The notes beneath the pieces are model-generated. The model was not told where the DNA came from. It made no database searches and saw only the letters and a program-made list of their open reading frames with translations. Source: Hyphochytrium catenoides (lineage: Eukaryota > Protista > Hyphochytriomycota). From it: 64,000 nucleotides of DNA. A program made the position numbers and the translations under genes. Positions within the stretch are counted from its first letter, which is position 1. Each line of letters begins with the position of its first letter. Location of the stretch: positions 83,398-147,397 of the forward strand of contig FLMG01002562.1 of NCBI GenBank assembly GCA_900088475.1. The letters are read 5' to 3'. This document shows positions 37,301-51,131 of the stretch, piece by piece.

Positions 37301-40300
37301 CCCGATTAGACAATGCAAAGAGCACGGATTCCCCGATGTGCTCGAACCTGGCGTGGAAGGAGGCTCTCCCAAAGGCTTTCACGATCCTCCAGATGTCAAC
37401 CAGTACCCCCGCTGGCGACAATGGACAAAGGACGCAAAGGAGATCCTTATGTTGCAAGTTGACCAAGTCATTCTTGCCATTCTCCTAGTCCTCGCCCTCG
37501 TAGGACCGAAAACAGCCAATATCCTGCAGGCTGTCTACGTTGGCCTCATCGTTCTCCTCGCCTTCCTCACGCCTCGGAACAGGAGAAGAGCGTGGCATAT
37601 TCTGCATTTCTACTCGTTGGGAGTGGTGGTGGCCGTATTCGTCTGGAATATTGTCTGCCCTACTACGACCACCACCACTCTTACGATTGGAATGGAGTGT
37701 TATGTGAGTGGAAGTGGAGCCACTTGGGGGGAGCTCTTCCTCTCCCGCTTCACGATCGCAGTGATTATGGTGCTGTTGGTAGGTACATTCTCTACCACTC
37801 CTCATTCTAACAGTTCCAAGTCATCAGTTGGCTTGCCCTATAGCTACGCATTTTCGCTCTACCTCTCTCTCTTCCTCATCTAACTAAGGTTGACCTTTCC
37901 ACAGTTAGGTCTGAGGCCTATTGTCTAGTGCAGTACAAGTCATTTGGTCTCATAATAACTCATGCTTTCTACTTGCCCTGGATCCGTCTGCCACCGTACA
38001 GATTGAGCTCCAAATTATCCTGTATAACATCATAGAGGTAGAGAAGAAGAGGAAGAAGCTAAGTAACCAGAACCTAGTAGAGGGCCGAGCCAGGGTCGAG
38101 GGTGATGACCATCCTTGGTATCATCTCTCTTCGCTGAAGGCCTTTATCTGGGTCTTCTACTCGGTCTTTGGCACTGTCTTCGTCTACGTTACCCTTCTTC
38201 TTTTGGCGCTCTCCAGTGAGACCGAAGTATATGACAGAAATGCGACTTTCGTTGGGCTCGGATTCCTTGTCTTGTTCTGCATCCTACTCACGCTACACCT
38301 GGGAGCCATACTTAAACATCCCAAGGGCTCTCCTGCTGTTCTCCAGTGGATGAGGTGGGGCAGAAAGCGGCAATCCCTATTCGTCCTTCCCGCTTTTTTG
38401 CTCTTGTGGTCTATTTCCTCCCGTTCCTTTGCTATACATCTCCTTTACTATGGAGCAGAATGTTGCGCTCGTTATTCTTGGAGCCTACAGTCCTCGGCTC
38501 CCCAAAATCGCACGTCCTATGTCACCTCTTAGGCCCATTCAGATCAGTTATCAGCTGGCTCTATGTCTAGAGCCCCAATTACCTTCCGCTCCTACTTCTC
38601 AAAGCTGAGCTCTGACTATCTGCCCTAACTAACGACTTGTCTTCTCCTTTCCTTCTTTTCATGCTCCAGATTACTGTTGCTGTACCTCGTGGTGGTCCTC
38701 CTCTGCCGTTATCTCTACCAGTTCAATGTTGTGGAGGAGTGGCTGACGGACCATTGGCCATGGACGAATAGTGTCACCTTGGCTGGCGTGGGCCTAACTA
38801 CATTTGATAACCTCTTCCTGGGATTGCTGCCTATGATCCTGGTACGATACTCCTTCAGTCATCTGAACCTGCGACTTTTCCTTTCTTCTGTTGGTCGATC
38901 TACTTTGCTCTTTTATGGAGTTATTTGGACTTAAAGACGGCTCCATTCCCACCTGGGCAGGCTATTCTGGTCGTCTATGGTGCGATATGCGCGTTGGCGA
39001 CAGTGCAAGCTGCACCCAGAAGAAGGAGACGGAAGAAGAGGCCTCGACACCTCCCTTCTCTTGACGAAAAGTGGGCGAAGATTTTTTTTGAGTTGCTTGT
39101 ATTGACAGGGAAGAGGCTGTTGGTATACCACAGTCCCTTCATTACTTTAGCCATTGCCGGTTTTGTGGCTCTGGCGGAGGTGAACGTAGCAAATAGTGTC
39201 TATGGAATCATGGCGCTGATGCTTTCCTTCAGCACGTCTTGGAGAGGTGAGACGAAAGGATTCTTCCCAGCATCAGACTTACCTAGAGATGTTGACATTT
39301 TTTGGTAATGCACAGGCGCTTGGTGGACCCTCTCGGTGCTGGCCTTCGCTTTGCTTCTTGCTCGTTACGCTTTCCAGTTCAACTACTTCGAGCCTGGAAA
39401 GAACTTCCTCAGTGCAGGACCAAACGCCTCCTGGTGGGGCTTTACAAGGCCCCCCACGTCTACAAATATAATGTGGACTGTTGTTTGGACTGAACTAGTG
39501 GTGCTTACAGTGACGTCTGTGCAACGAATGTAAGTGAACAAGAGAAAGAAGAGAAGAAGCCGCCCTTTCTTTCATGGAAGATCCAAATAGACTTAGCCCA
39601 AGCGTTTTTCCTGCTACCCTCTATTTTGCCTCGTGCTTGTGCTATGATAAGTGTCATGTCTTCCTAGCTCCTTTTAACTGTTTCCTGCTGATGTGACTCC
39701 TTCCGCTCCTTAATACCGCCTTACATTTATTTTTGTCAGTTCGCACTTGCTAGAGGAAGAAGTGATGGAAAAAGACCAGCTTCAGATATCTCGACGCCTG
39801 AAGAAGAGAGCACGGGTTGAGATGCTAACGAAAAGGTCAAGTAGAGAAGAGGCTGTCCTCAACCCTCTTTCGCCCACTTTCCAGAAGTCGAGTAGAGAAG
39901 GAAACCATATTGATCCTCTTACCCCCACTCCCTATGAAAACGGAGCCGCAAAGAAGATTGTGGCCTTTGACAGCAATGCGAAGATCCTTGCGACTCCCTC
40001 TCGACCAGACCCTACCTCGCCCCGATCGCCTATCTCCCATGAGGGTGGGCAAACGTTAGTTATAGGGGAAGAGAAGAAACCAGAGGTGGAGCTCCTGGTA
40101 CAGCGACCGTCGTCCTTCTTTGGCCAGCTATATGACGTGTACGACTGCCTTTTCTTTTTCTTTGTGGAGAAAGCAGCAGAGATCCGCCTAGAAATTTCGC
40201 AGGTAACCTACCATATAGCTCCTGCATCACCCTTCTATGATGCCCCCCACTCTTGTATCCCTAATCTTTGTCATTGGATGCATAGATCCTGCTGGTGCTG

Positions 40301-43300
40301 GCTGCCTTGAATGAGATGAACATATACAGCGTGGTCTACATGGGATTACTGCTCTACGTACATGCTATACCTCCAGAGGCCCTAAAGGGGTACTGGGGCC
40401 TATGGAGATGGATTGTACTGGTATGAAGGCGCTCTCACTTCTTTCCCCTCATTCTTTCCCTGTCTCACTTGCGTTTCCGCTCCATCGCCGTTATATCTAT
40501 GATGCGTTGGGCTTCCCAGGTCTGTCTCTGCTTGCAGTATCTTCCATACATTGAGATCATTCCATCGGCGGGCCTTGACAAGCAGACAACATGGCCTTGG
40601 AGCGCTCTCTCCTCCGCCTATGAGGAGTGGTTCGGCATCGGCGGAGCAGGTAATGGCTGTAGCAACTGTGTCACACCAACAGATTCTAGTGGGGTCTTTG
40701 AGACCCCTGAATGTCTCATCGTTTTGATGAGCTTATTATCTTTCGTCCTCCGGGTTGGTTCTCGCTTTGGCCTGGCTCCGCGCTTTCGCTCGCTCTAACT
40801 CATGCGGCTGGAATTCTCTTCCATTTCTAGGCTTCGGCTCCCCGAAGGACTTAATGTATGACCTACTAGTCATCCTCACACTTGCAACGATTCCTTCGGC
40901 GACGGGTATTCTCTCAACTGCCAGGTCGATGGGTAAGCCGTGTTCTCTTTTCGGCTTTACAAGCAACCACCTTTTCTTGGCTCCAAGTCTTGCTTGCAAG
41001 TTAATAGAGATATGTTCTACATCCTTCCCTCTGCTAGCATTCCACCCACTACGTTCTCCGCACTTGACTCCACCTCCCAGTCTCGTAAAACCATATAGCA
41101 GCTCTTTTACTTCGGCCGGGTCCTAGGGAAGCTTCACCTTCCTCGCTCCTCTTTGATTACTGATATACTCTTCCTTCCCTTTGATATAGAGGAGACCTTT
41201 CAAGCGGAGTATGATCCTGATATTGTCGATTCAGAGAGAGAGATGACGCGAGCGTCCTCATCTCCAGATGTGGTTGACATGATAGATATAGCAGTTGACA
41301 GAGCAGACACGGAGAGAACAGGACGTAAGCACTCTTTATTTTTTCTTAAACTTGCTGCTTCCTGGTCGAACAATGCCAGGTCCAGGTTTAAAAGCCCTAT
41401 GGCCACAACGTGCCTTCCTTGCTTTATACCCACTCCAGTTACACATTCTTCCCCTTTCTGACGCCTTAATCTTGTGCCACCTTCCTGTGCAGAGTCGAAC
41501 CATAGGAAGGGACGGCTTATGCGGGCTTTCACCCGGCAGGAGACTTTGTCCTCGCTATTCCTTCCAGACAGCTTGGCTTCTCTTTCGCACACACCAGTCT
41601 GCGGCGATTGGAATGACTTTACTCTTCCCGTACATACCACATTATGGGACTGGCTGCTATTCTTCATTTACGTGGGAGGCTCAAAGATAGTTCTCTTTCT
41701 TGGCTTCATCGTAGGGACACAGAGGATGGATCTTTTTCACCTGGCGTTCCTGATCCTCTCCATATATCTTCTCCTTCATGAGAACATTGTCAACTCTCAG
41801 TACGCAAATCACCTTGAAAAATCAGAGGAAGAGAGACGCAAGGCGACCGAAGTGCTTGCAACAAGGTCTAAGACTTCTCTTTGGAAGACCTTTAAGGCCG
41901 TCTTCTGTCGCCGAAGCCGAAGAAAAGAGGTAGCACCCACGCAGGAAGGCCGAGAAGGAAGTGAGAATGCACAGGAAGCAGAAGAAGAGGAAGAAGAGCA
42001 CCAATCTCGTGCCGTATTTGACTTCTTCAACTGGCTCAACATTGTATTTCTCAGCATTCTGGTCTTGTTCCAAGCTCCTTTCTTCCCTCTTCCTCCTGAG
42101 AAGCAGAACTGCAAGCCGGGTACTACTCTGCCAGACGATGAAGGTATTTGCCTTACCTATGCTAACGTGATTGGCATTGAGAAGTACAGCATGGACTACC
42201 CTGGAGGTAAGCGGCGCTCTGTGTGACATTGGCCTTGGACGTTGACCTCATCTTATTATCATTGTGGCTTCTCATAGTCGGCACCTCTCAATCCTACTAT
42301 GTAACCATCTCTGGATCGCTTTCTAAAACTCTCTAGGAACCTAACCAATGTTTGTTCTCCCCGCTCTATCTCAATCCTCGGCGGTGCCATTGGTCAAACA
42401 ATCAGCCCCAGTATACGACTCCTCCTCTCCTCTTCCATCCATTCTACTCTACATCCTCCTCCTCTTCCAGACTGCCGTGTATCGCAGTCGGGGCTATGAG
42501 TACGTAAGGGGATACTACTGCAGAAAGCTGAAGAGAGCGCAAGAGTACAGGGAAAAGATTGAGAGGAGCATGCTCTCGCGCCGTCTCTCCCGATGGATGT
42601 CAATGATTAGAATGAGAAGCAATCTGATCCATAGGTTGCATGAGATCATGACCAAGACAATGAGCGCTACGAACGAGGTACCAATTCCCTTCCTGCTCTC
42701 TCTTTCTTCGCCTATACCATAGTCCATCCAACCCATCTGTCTTGAATGACACACCACGCTTCAGTCTTTTGACCTATGTCGAGCGTCTCACTGTTGCTCC
42801 AGATGGCTACTTTAGTCCAAGTCCTGCTTGCTGCAGCTTTGAGTTACCCCTAACACTGCCACTGTTACGTTTACTAGTTGCTGGATTTGGCTTCAGGAGT
42901 GCGCAGCTCCCTACCGCCTGCCGCCCCCGGTCGACCCACCTGCAGCAATGCAACTGCCAACTCAATAGATCTGACTTGGGCACCTCCTCCGGCTCTGGGG
43001 CACAAAGTCCTTGCCTACAGAATTGTTAGACAGATATCTCCCTCAATGACTCTGCTGGGGGACTTCAACGAGATGATTCAGGTCGCTCCCTGGCTGTCTG
43101 TTGTTCACCTGTCGTTTTGTCTCTTTCGGTCTGTCTTAACAATCCCAAGCGGTCCCATCGAGGGCATGGTCTCTCTTCCTCCGAGGCTGCTTCTTAGTAA
43201 AAGACGCCCTTCACACGGTCAATCCGTTCTAACAATCGCTGATCGACCGCTTCTTTCACTTTGGAGCAGATCCCAGGCCACGTCACATCCTTCACTGTCA

Positions 43301-46300
43301 CAGGACTGCTACCTGATAAGTTTTACGAGTTCCGAATCTCTGCAGTCAACCGTAATGGCGAAGTTAGTATTCGATCCCTTCCGGTCCTTGATCCATTTGC
43401 TTTCGGCTATGGGTTCTTATCTATGAGGGCTCTATCCTAATGATCTGGGCATTGTGGATCTCATTCCTCTACCGATCCCGCCTGGACGTTCCTAACCCTT
43501 CTGATCACTTTCTCACGTCTTGTCTAGGGTCCGCAATCCCGAGCGTCCGAGCCCTTCCCTACTCAGCCAATAGACTTTGGAGAGACCGTTCAGGCGGGGC
43601 CCATGCGGCTCCTAATCCATGAACAAAAGAAGAAACGCGGCGTCATCGACGGGATAACGAACATAATGAAGAAGGTGATGCTACCTCTTATAAATCTCTG
43701 TCTGTCTGTAGCTCCCCGGCTGCTCTCAGTAGGAACTTAGAGTCGCTTTAGCTATGACATCCCTTGTTGCCATTATTATCCATCCGATCCTTACGCCCAG
43801 TTATTGTAGGAGCGCGTTCTGTTCCGCTTCGTGGTTATGGATCCGCGCCGTTTTTCATGGTACCTCGATGAAAAAAGCGCAGCGAAGCATCGAACAGAGA
43901 TGAAGAAAATAAGGGTGCCTACCTCTTTCAAGTAAGTACTGATCCTCAAACTTACGTCTCGATGGCCCGTACTCTGCCTCTATCCATGGTTCCTCTTGCT
44001 TTGTCGTCCAGGAACACTCATTATCCTCACAATTACCTAGAAAAACTAACGTGCTCCCTTTGATCTTTGTCCCTTCCCTTATGTATTGCAGAGTGAAATA
44101 TATCCACTCTGTTCACGTGCAGAGTCGGCCCGTTCAGTTTGATGAGAGTTCACCCTTCCAGCGCTGCATTGAGGTTCTGGTGAAAGACTCGGAGAAGGAG
44201 TCGGAAGTCCTTTATGTCATGCAGCCAGGTACGTCTCCTCTTACTTAGAAGACTGTTCCCTCATCGACGTTCTGGTCTGTCTTACTCTTGAACGTCAACG
44301 GGAACATCTCTCCCTACTTCCATTCTACAACGCCATACAGATATCTCCACCGTTGCTGGTCAAAGGTCTTTTTCGTCTCTTGGTGTTCCTATCGTTATTC
44401 TGCTCCTTGTTATTATCAGAAACACCGCTCACCGTTTCTGCATCTCACAGCCTCACTAACTCTGTCTGTTGCAGAAACTGACGAAGAATTGGAACAATGG
44501 AAGCGGATATTTGCTCGGCTCTCACCTCAGATGGCGCTAAGCGCAGAGCTGAAAGATCTTCGGGAGGAGATCTTTGCGGGAGAGGTTGGAGTCCGCCCTA
44601 TTTCTCTTTATCTTAACTTTTGTCCATCTGGCTACTCTTTCAGTTTATACTACTTCTCGACCTCCCTTCGGCTCTCTTCATTCATCTATAGACCAGTCTC
44701 ACTGACATGAGCGGCGTCTTCTGGCTGTGACAGGACGAAGAGGAAGATGCAGCGGACGAGAAGAGCGAAACTAGTAGTAGAAGCGGGAACTTGGAGGGTG
44801 TTGACTTTGAAGAAGAGGAAGAGAAAGACGAAGGACCGCCCGCTTGGAAGAAGGCGTACAAATTTTTCTACGTAAGTCTTAGGATACCTCGAAGCTCCTT
44901 GTCACTGCCCCATCTGCTCGTCGTATCTCTCAATCACTTCTTACGACATAGAGTAATATTCTTGCTATTCAACGCTGGCCCTATCGCCCTTTCCTAAGAC
45001 GGTCGAAAGTTGTTTAACGCCATGCGTCTTCTCTGGTTGACTTAACTTTACCCTTCCACAGGAGCTTCAGGATTCAGCAATTCGCCAAGAAGTCCCTCAT
45101 CCGGAGGACGTGGCATCCTTCCCCATTCGTTCGCTTCCCAAGCTTCTTCTGAACATCGTCAGGAGCAGGACGGAGTTTATTGTCTATGCTGTGGTTGTAT
45201 TGTCCTTCATATATGAGGTAGGGTCCTCCAAAGCTATTGCCTCTACCCTTTACCTAACACTTTTGAGTGCCATCACGTCATCCCAGTTGCCTGTGTTCCC
45301 CTTCCGCATTGCTCTAACGTCAATTTTTAAGTATGGCACACTTATGCACGGAGGAGCCCACCTCGAGTGTGAGGAGCTGGTTGCTTTCTATCTTTCCTTT
45401 CATATGCCAAGATGATTGCTCGGAAGAGTGCGTTCCTCTGCTTCTTTTCGCCCTTGATTGTCAGCAATGCCCTAACTCATCTCGCAGAATGATCTTCTTT
45501 CACTGATACCCGTCCTGATGTGCTTTGGCTATGCGATTCTGGAGCACCCACGTCCCAACTCTCATTTCTGGACAGTACTAATCAAATATGTAAGAGAATT
45601 GTCGCATCTTCCCTCTCTCTATAATATGGGTCTGTCTTTTATTAAGACTACTATGCCCTCGGCTCGATGAGTAGACTGTATGCGGAATCCACTGAGCACT
45701 GATTGATGTTTGTTTGTTCTTCCACTGTCAGAACCTGGCCGTACTGGCGATAAAGTACATCTTCCAGCTCCCGATCTTCTGTCAAAACACAACGAAGAGC
45801 ATGACCTTTTATCCCAGGTGAGACTTTGAAGGAGTCATGCCCCTGGTAGAAAGTACCAGCTCTGACTTAGACCAAGGACTGACTTTGAAGCCGTTCCTTC
45901 TGCCCCTCTCGTCCGCTAGCATTCAACCGTGGTGCCCTGAAGTTGCAGTATCATCGGTGGATAGTGGCAGCTCCCCTGTGCAAGCAATGGCACTGTTCGG
46001 CGTCTATAAATTTGATGGACTTCTGAATCCGCACATCAACTCTACGCTAAGGTACAGTGCTTGACATCCCACATCCCTGTTGCTGGCCCTAGCAATCACT
46101 CTTCAATCCTTTCAAAGCTGTTCACTAGCCATCTCTTTCCGGTGGCGCGATCAATGGGATACGAAGTACTCACCGCCAATGTGTTTTCTAACGTAGGGGA
46201 ATCATCTTTCCGTTCCTGACGTTTTTAGCCCTGCTCTTCCATCTCTCAGAGTTGGAAGTTCGAGGGTTGTATACCCCTCTAAAAGACAAGGACGTCTCAA

Positions 46301-49300
46301 AGGAGGAGGAGGTGGATAGAAGGAAAGAAAGAGAAGATTCACTGCTTGAGGATCTTCTCGGGGACTACCAAAAGGCCCTAGATGAGGAGAGGAATAAACA
46401 AGAGCTGGAGAAAGCCTCTCTGGCATCTCCTCAAAAGCCGTTGCTCACAAGGGATGATCATCAGAGTAGCGTCCAGGAGAAGGCCATGACGAAGGCCGTG
46501 CCTATATACGTTGACCACAATCGCAGCGCCAAAGCTTCAGGACTGCCAGAAGCGGTAGCGAAGCTGGTACGGTCCATCTTTGTAGATCTAGCTTAAGCGA
46601 GTTATCTCTTCTATGGCCTTTCACAATCCACTTGTCTGATTGTGCTTCTAACACACTCGTTATGACACGTCGCGGATTTCAGGCACCAAATGCCGCGAAT
46701 GACTACTTTGAGCGAGTCATTCCTGCACCTCCTTCTGGATGGGAAGAGGATATCGTGGCAGCCTCCAAGGGGGAGAAGCCAGGCTCTACGTATCGATCTC
46801 CCGCCACAGTCTTCCACATTATTATTATCGCCTACTCCCTTCTCTTCTCCAACATGTTTGAGGTCGATCTCTCGACTAATCCGCTGGGGCTGGATAAAAG
46901 TATCAACAGTTCTCTTTTGAACGGGATCGCCGTGCTAGTCGTGTGGTTCGAGGTAGGATGCTGTGAGCTCTCCACTTCCTCTACCTCTCTCTCTCTCTCT
47001 GGCCCCCATCTCTATTTGTACGATCCCTTTCCCTTTGTTCAAACCAGCCCTCCGTAGTCTACTCCTCGCTTAGTCGATCCGAACCCTAGAGCGAGATCAA
47101 CTAATACCCTTCCCGTCCCGTGACCTGCTCGCTCGTTCTACCGCAGGTGTTCTTCCTCTGCGCCGATGAGGTTGCCTATGTGGCTACCTCATTACGGCTA
47201 AAGCTTCTCATTCACTACGTCTACCTGCTGATGGTGTCCCTGATGTTTTTCCTCTTCATCCCACTCTATATCAAGACGTTCATCTGGTCGAGGTTCTCCC
47301 TTGTCCTGCTCTTTGTGCTGTACGCAATATCATTGGGCTTATCCTGCCTGCAGGTAGGTCTGCAGCCTATAAGATTTCTTTCCTTGGAAGTCTTCATGGC
47401 ATGCCTGCGTGACCCCATTATATGCGTCTCCGGCCACACAATTTCTATATATCTATCTCTTCCACTCTGTGCAGTGTTGTTTATATCTCTGGTGTGCTTT
47501 CAGCTATCNNNNNNNNNNNNNNNNNNNNCCTTTGAACGCGTCTTGCCTCAACAGATTCGGCACGGATACCGTGTCTTCAGGGGTAAATCTGACCTCCTGA
47601 CGGCTCGCGGCTTTTCAACCGTCCAGCAATACCGTCATGCAATCTTCATGGCGATCCCTTTTGCCTTTGAATGTCGATCGCTCTTGGAATGGACGTTCTC
47701 GAAGACAGCCATGTCCAGGTGAGTGCCTCCCTGCTCCTCCTTCATTTCATTCTCTATTGGCTCTAGCCCGCATCTCTTTAGTCTTCCTTTGCCGTGGGCC
47801 CTTGTTCCTTCGTTTAGCCTTTTAACTTCTGTCTTTTAACTTCTGTCTGAGAAGCCCACTGTGTGTCGCAAAGACATTTTGACCGGGTATCCTTGTGACT
47901 CTTTTTTATTTGCCTGCTAAAGAGAAGGCGTTAAGTCCTACTACCGTTCATCTACTGACTTCCACCTCTACTTCCATCAGGCCGATGTTCTTCATGCTAA
48001 AGGAGGTGTACAGCGAGATGTACCTCACAAAGTGCTCCATGAAAGACAGAATAGGAGACCCGCACTGGAAAGGTAAGCGAAGAGAATCATGCTTTGCCTC
48101 TAAGTTACAGGGCCAAAGTTGACACGTCTTTCTGCATCTTTCGTGGGTCCTAGGATTCAAGAAGCAGACTCCCATATCGAAGATCTTCAATGGTTTCTGC
48201 TGCTTTCTTATACTGCTGCTGATCCTCCTGGGCCCCATGTTGCTCTTCAGCAACCTTTCGCCGTCGTACGATAACAACAGGCTCAACCAGGCGGCGCTCG
48301 AGATAAGCATCAGGGAGGCAGGAGCCCGGCAGGCAGTGCCGCTCTTCACGAACGTGGTACGGAAGGGGACGCCAAAATTGATGCGGGGGTTTGTAGTTGG
48401 GCTTGGCTACCATTGTAGAGAGGTGCAGAGGGTGTCGTTGTCGTTTGGGTGGTAAAGGTGGTCTTGCTGGGACTCGCTTGTCTAAACACCCTTCTCTCCC
48501 CTTGCCGTCGTGCCCGCAGGTGGGCACCTTCGTGGAGGTGGAGAGTCTTCCCTATACGAAGATTTCGAGTTCGGTGGCAGAGATGGTAAGCATAGCCAAC
48601 AAAAGTCTCTTCACCTATCCTGCTTAGGGTTAGGCTCTTGCTTAACACAGAACTTGGGAGTTATGCGGCAGTTCAAACGCACAGGGTCATCTCACCGCTT
48701 GGTCTCCTTGCTTGCAATTGATTGAGCCGCTTAGCGGTCGCATGGCGCGGCTAAATCTCACTCTTGGTTGGGAATTGACTGTTTTGTTAGGTGCCTACCC
48801 CAGTCTTCTCAGATACTGTCTGGAGCGCTTCGCCACCTGCGAAGGAGCAGTTGGTTAAACGCCTTGGAGGCCCAGATGCGCGATTCGAGTGGGTCATTGC
48901 CTTGACATTTGTGAGAGACCAGCCGCCTCAGAACCAGCAGGTGAGAGTCAAGATGACTGTGGGTAACGAGACAGAGGAGATCAAAGGGACAAATGCTTCG
49001 AAATATGCGGGTGGAGACGCTCGAGGATGGAGTCAACAACCAGAAAAAATGCAAATGGGGGGCAGAAAGACCTGATGAGCAACACGACAGACACAGAGAG
49101 CGCGAACAAAAGAGCGAGAGCCAGAAGAGGGTTAGGAAGAAAGGGAGGGGGACAGAGGGAGAGAGAGAGAGAGAGAAGAGAGAATAAGGAGTGACCTACT
49201 GCAGTTCCGCTATTTCTGGCATTGTGATCTGCAGAGGACACTTCCACTTTCTGACCCGCCTCTGACACTGGACCAACGCTGTTCCAGGTCGCCATTGAAT

Positions 49301-50815
49301 TTCGCGCGGGTATCACAGCTGAGCAACAGGCTCGAATGGTGGAGATTGTGAACGCCTCGTTGGCGTCCTCTGCTTCCTATGAGTCGTCAGCGCTGATTGT
49401 TGAAGGCTTGTATAGACCCGTCATCTCCTTACCGCCTAATGGTAAGCGAGAGGAGCTTGATAGTCCTTGTTATGCTGCTGCTCTGACGTACGAGGGCTAT
49501 ATATTCCGCTCTTTCGCAAACAACACTCGATGAATGCTCCTCGTATATGTCCCACCCCTTCTATGGGAAGCTTCTAAGTCTATCATGACCTTCGTCGCGC
49601 TTCCAAGCTTGGGACTAAGTCTAGTGTATGCAGGTGACCCTTTCGCCTTGGATGACTATGCGCCGCTTAGCGTCTCGTTGCAGCTGATAGTTAGTAACGG
49701 CATTAGCTACTGGAGCGCCACGACTGTCAGGCCTGCAGCGTCTGCTGTAAGCCCTGAGACGGCAGTGTTAACTTGTCAGGACATAGGTAACGACAGCCGG
49801 GTTCCTGGTCAGAGTGATCGATCCTACGTGCTCATGACAAATCTACTTACTGTTTATCTCTTTATGGCCCCACATTGGCATCTGTTCGCTGCCTTCCTTG
49901 GGTCTCGAAGTTGAGTTGTCTCACTAAATCTGCCTGCACCTAAGAGCTCTTCGTTAACTGGTCTTCCCCTCCTAACGAAAGCTCGGTTTCTGGCCCGTTC
50001 CGCATGATATTTGCCCTGCAGATGGTAGTGTAGGTGCTGGAGTCTGTGTTATAGCCGTCTCGGCGGACGTCATCACAGGAGTGGCTACCACGCTGAGCAA
50101 GAACATCAATGGATATGGCATCACAGCTATCTACATCTTTGTAAGTCTTCTTAAGGGTGTTTTGTCCTCCCTTGCGGTCTCACAACGTGCCATTCTTCCC
50201 CCACCGATGTTCCCTTGTCGTTATCTCTCTGCCGTAACGCATTGACACACACGCAGTCACTGACCTCTTACCTCTTCTTCTCTCTTAAATCATCCCGTCC
50301 GCTCATCCCGGTAGATCATTGTCACTCTGGGTGGCTATGTCAATAAAATATTCCGCGGGAGCTTCCATCAAGTGATATACAAGGAACTCCCTGAGCCGGA
50401 GGCCATTCTAGACCTCTGTGAGGTACGCCATCAGACAAGAAAGATGGGAAACTGTTGTTAGGAGACCGCTCATTGTGGTGGCGAAGGATGGGAGAGCGCA
50501 TGCGACCAAAGTCTGTAAGGAAGTGAGGGAGAGAAAGCAACACACGGTGCAATCCTTCGTTGACGACAGAAAGCTTTATTCCTAGAGATAAACGGTGCGT
50601 ATACCCTGTATCGCTGACTGACCGGAGTCCGCCTTTTGTTTGCTTTGTAGGGCGTGTTTATTGCTCGGCAGATGACCTATATCGGACATCTAAAGGACGA
50701 GATGAAGCTCTTTGACCTGGTCATCTTACTGCTTCGGTCGCCGCAGCTCCTTCTCAGACTCACGGGAAGGAACAGCATCTACATCCCGGACCCCAAAATT
50801 ATCAAAGTAGACTAG
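34338..50815 (+). CDS. PIEZO: Piezo-family mechanosensitive ion channel with inserted FN3 and PH-like domains (over 30 exons)
   Basis: Many multi-TM exons joined by canonical introns. Repeat-B motif FGYAILEHPRPNSHFW, LALLFH..RGLY, QIRHGY, and the PFxxExxxxxxW signature PFAFECRSLLEW (about 47650-47695). Outer helix LILLGPMLLFS, cap domain, inner helix GITAIYIFIIVTLG and CTD IYKELPEPEAILDLCEGVFIAR..DEMKLF..LLRSPQLLLRLT, stop TAG at 50815. Confidence 0.95.
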
Positions 50816-51131
50816 AACTCTCTCTCTCCTTCTCTCTTCTTCCTCACTTCCGTTTTTCAATTATGACATGATCCTGCTCTCAAAGCGCAACTCAATAGAC
50901 AAGCTAGACGCCCTGTGCCTAATATTCACGCTAATAGACAACCATCGACCACGTATACTCAGATCCCTTATCCGCCAGTCGCCAACTCTCTCTCTCGCTC
51001 TCTCTCTCGCTCTTTCTCTCTCTCTCCTCCCTTTGCCTCGCCCTATCATTGCTTGGTCATTACTTTGCTTGGCAGTGCCATGGAAAATCAAGTGGCTGCT
51101 CTTCTTAGGCTCCAGGGCTTTTTATTGCACG

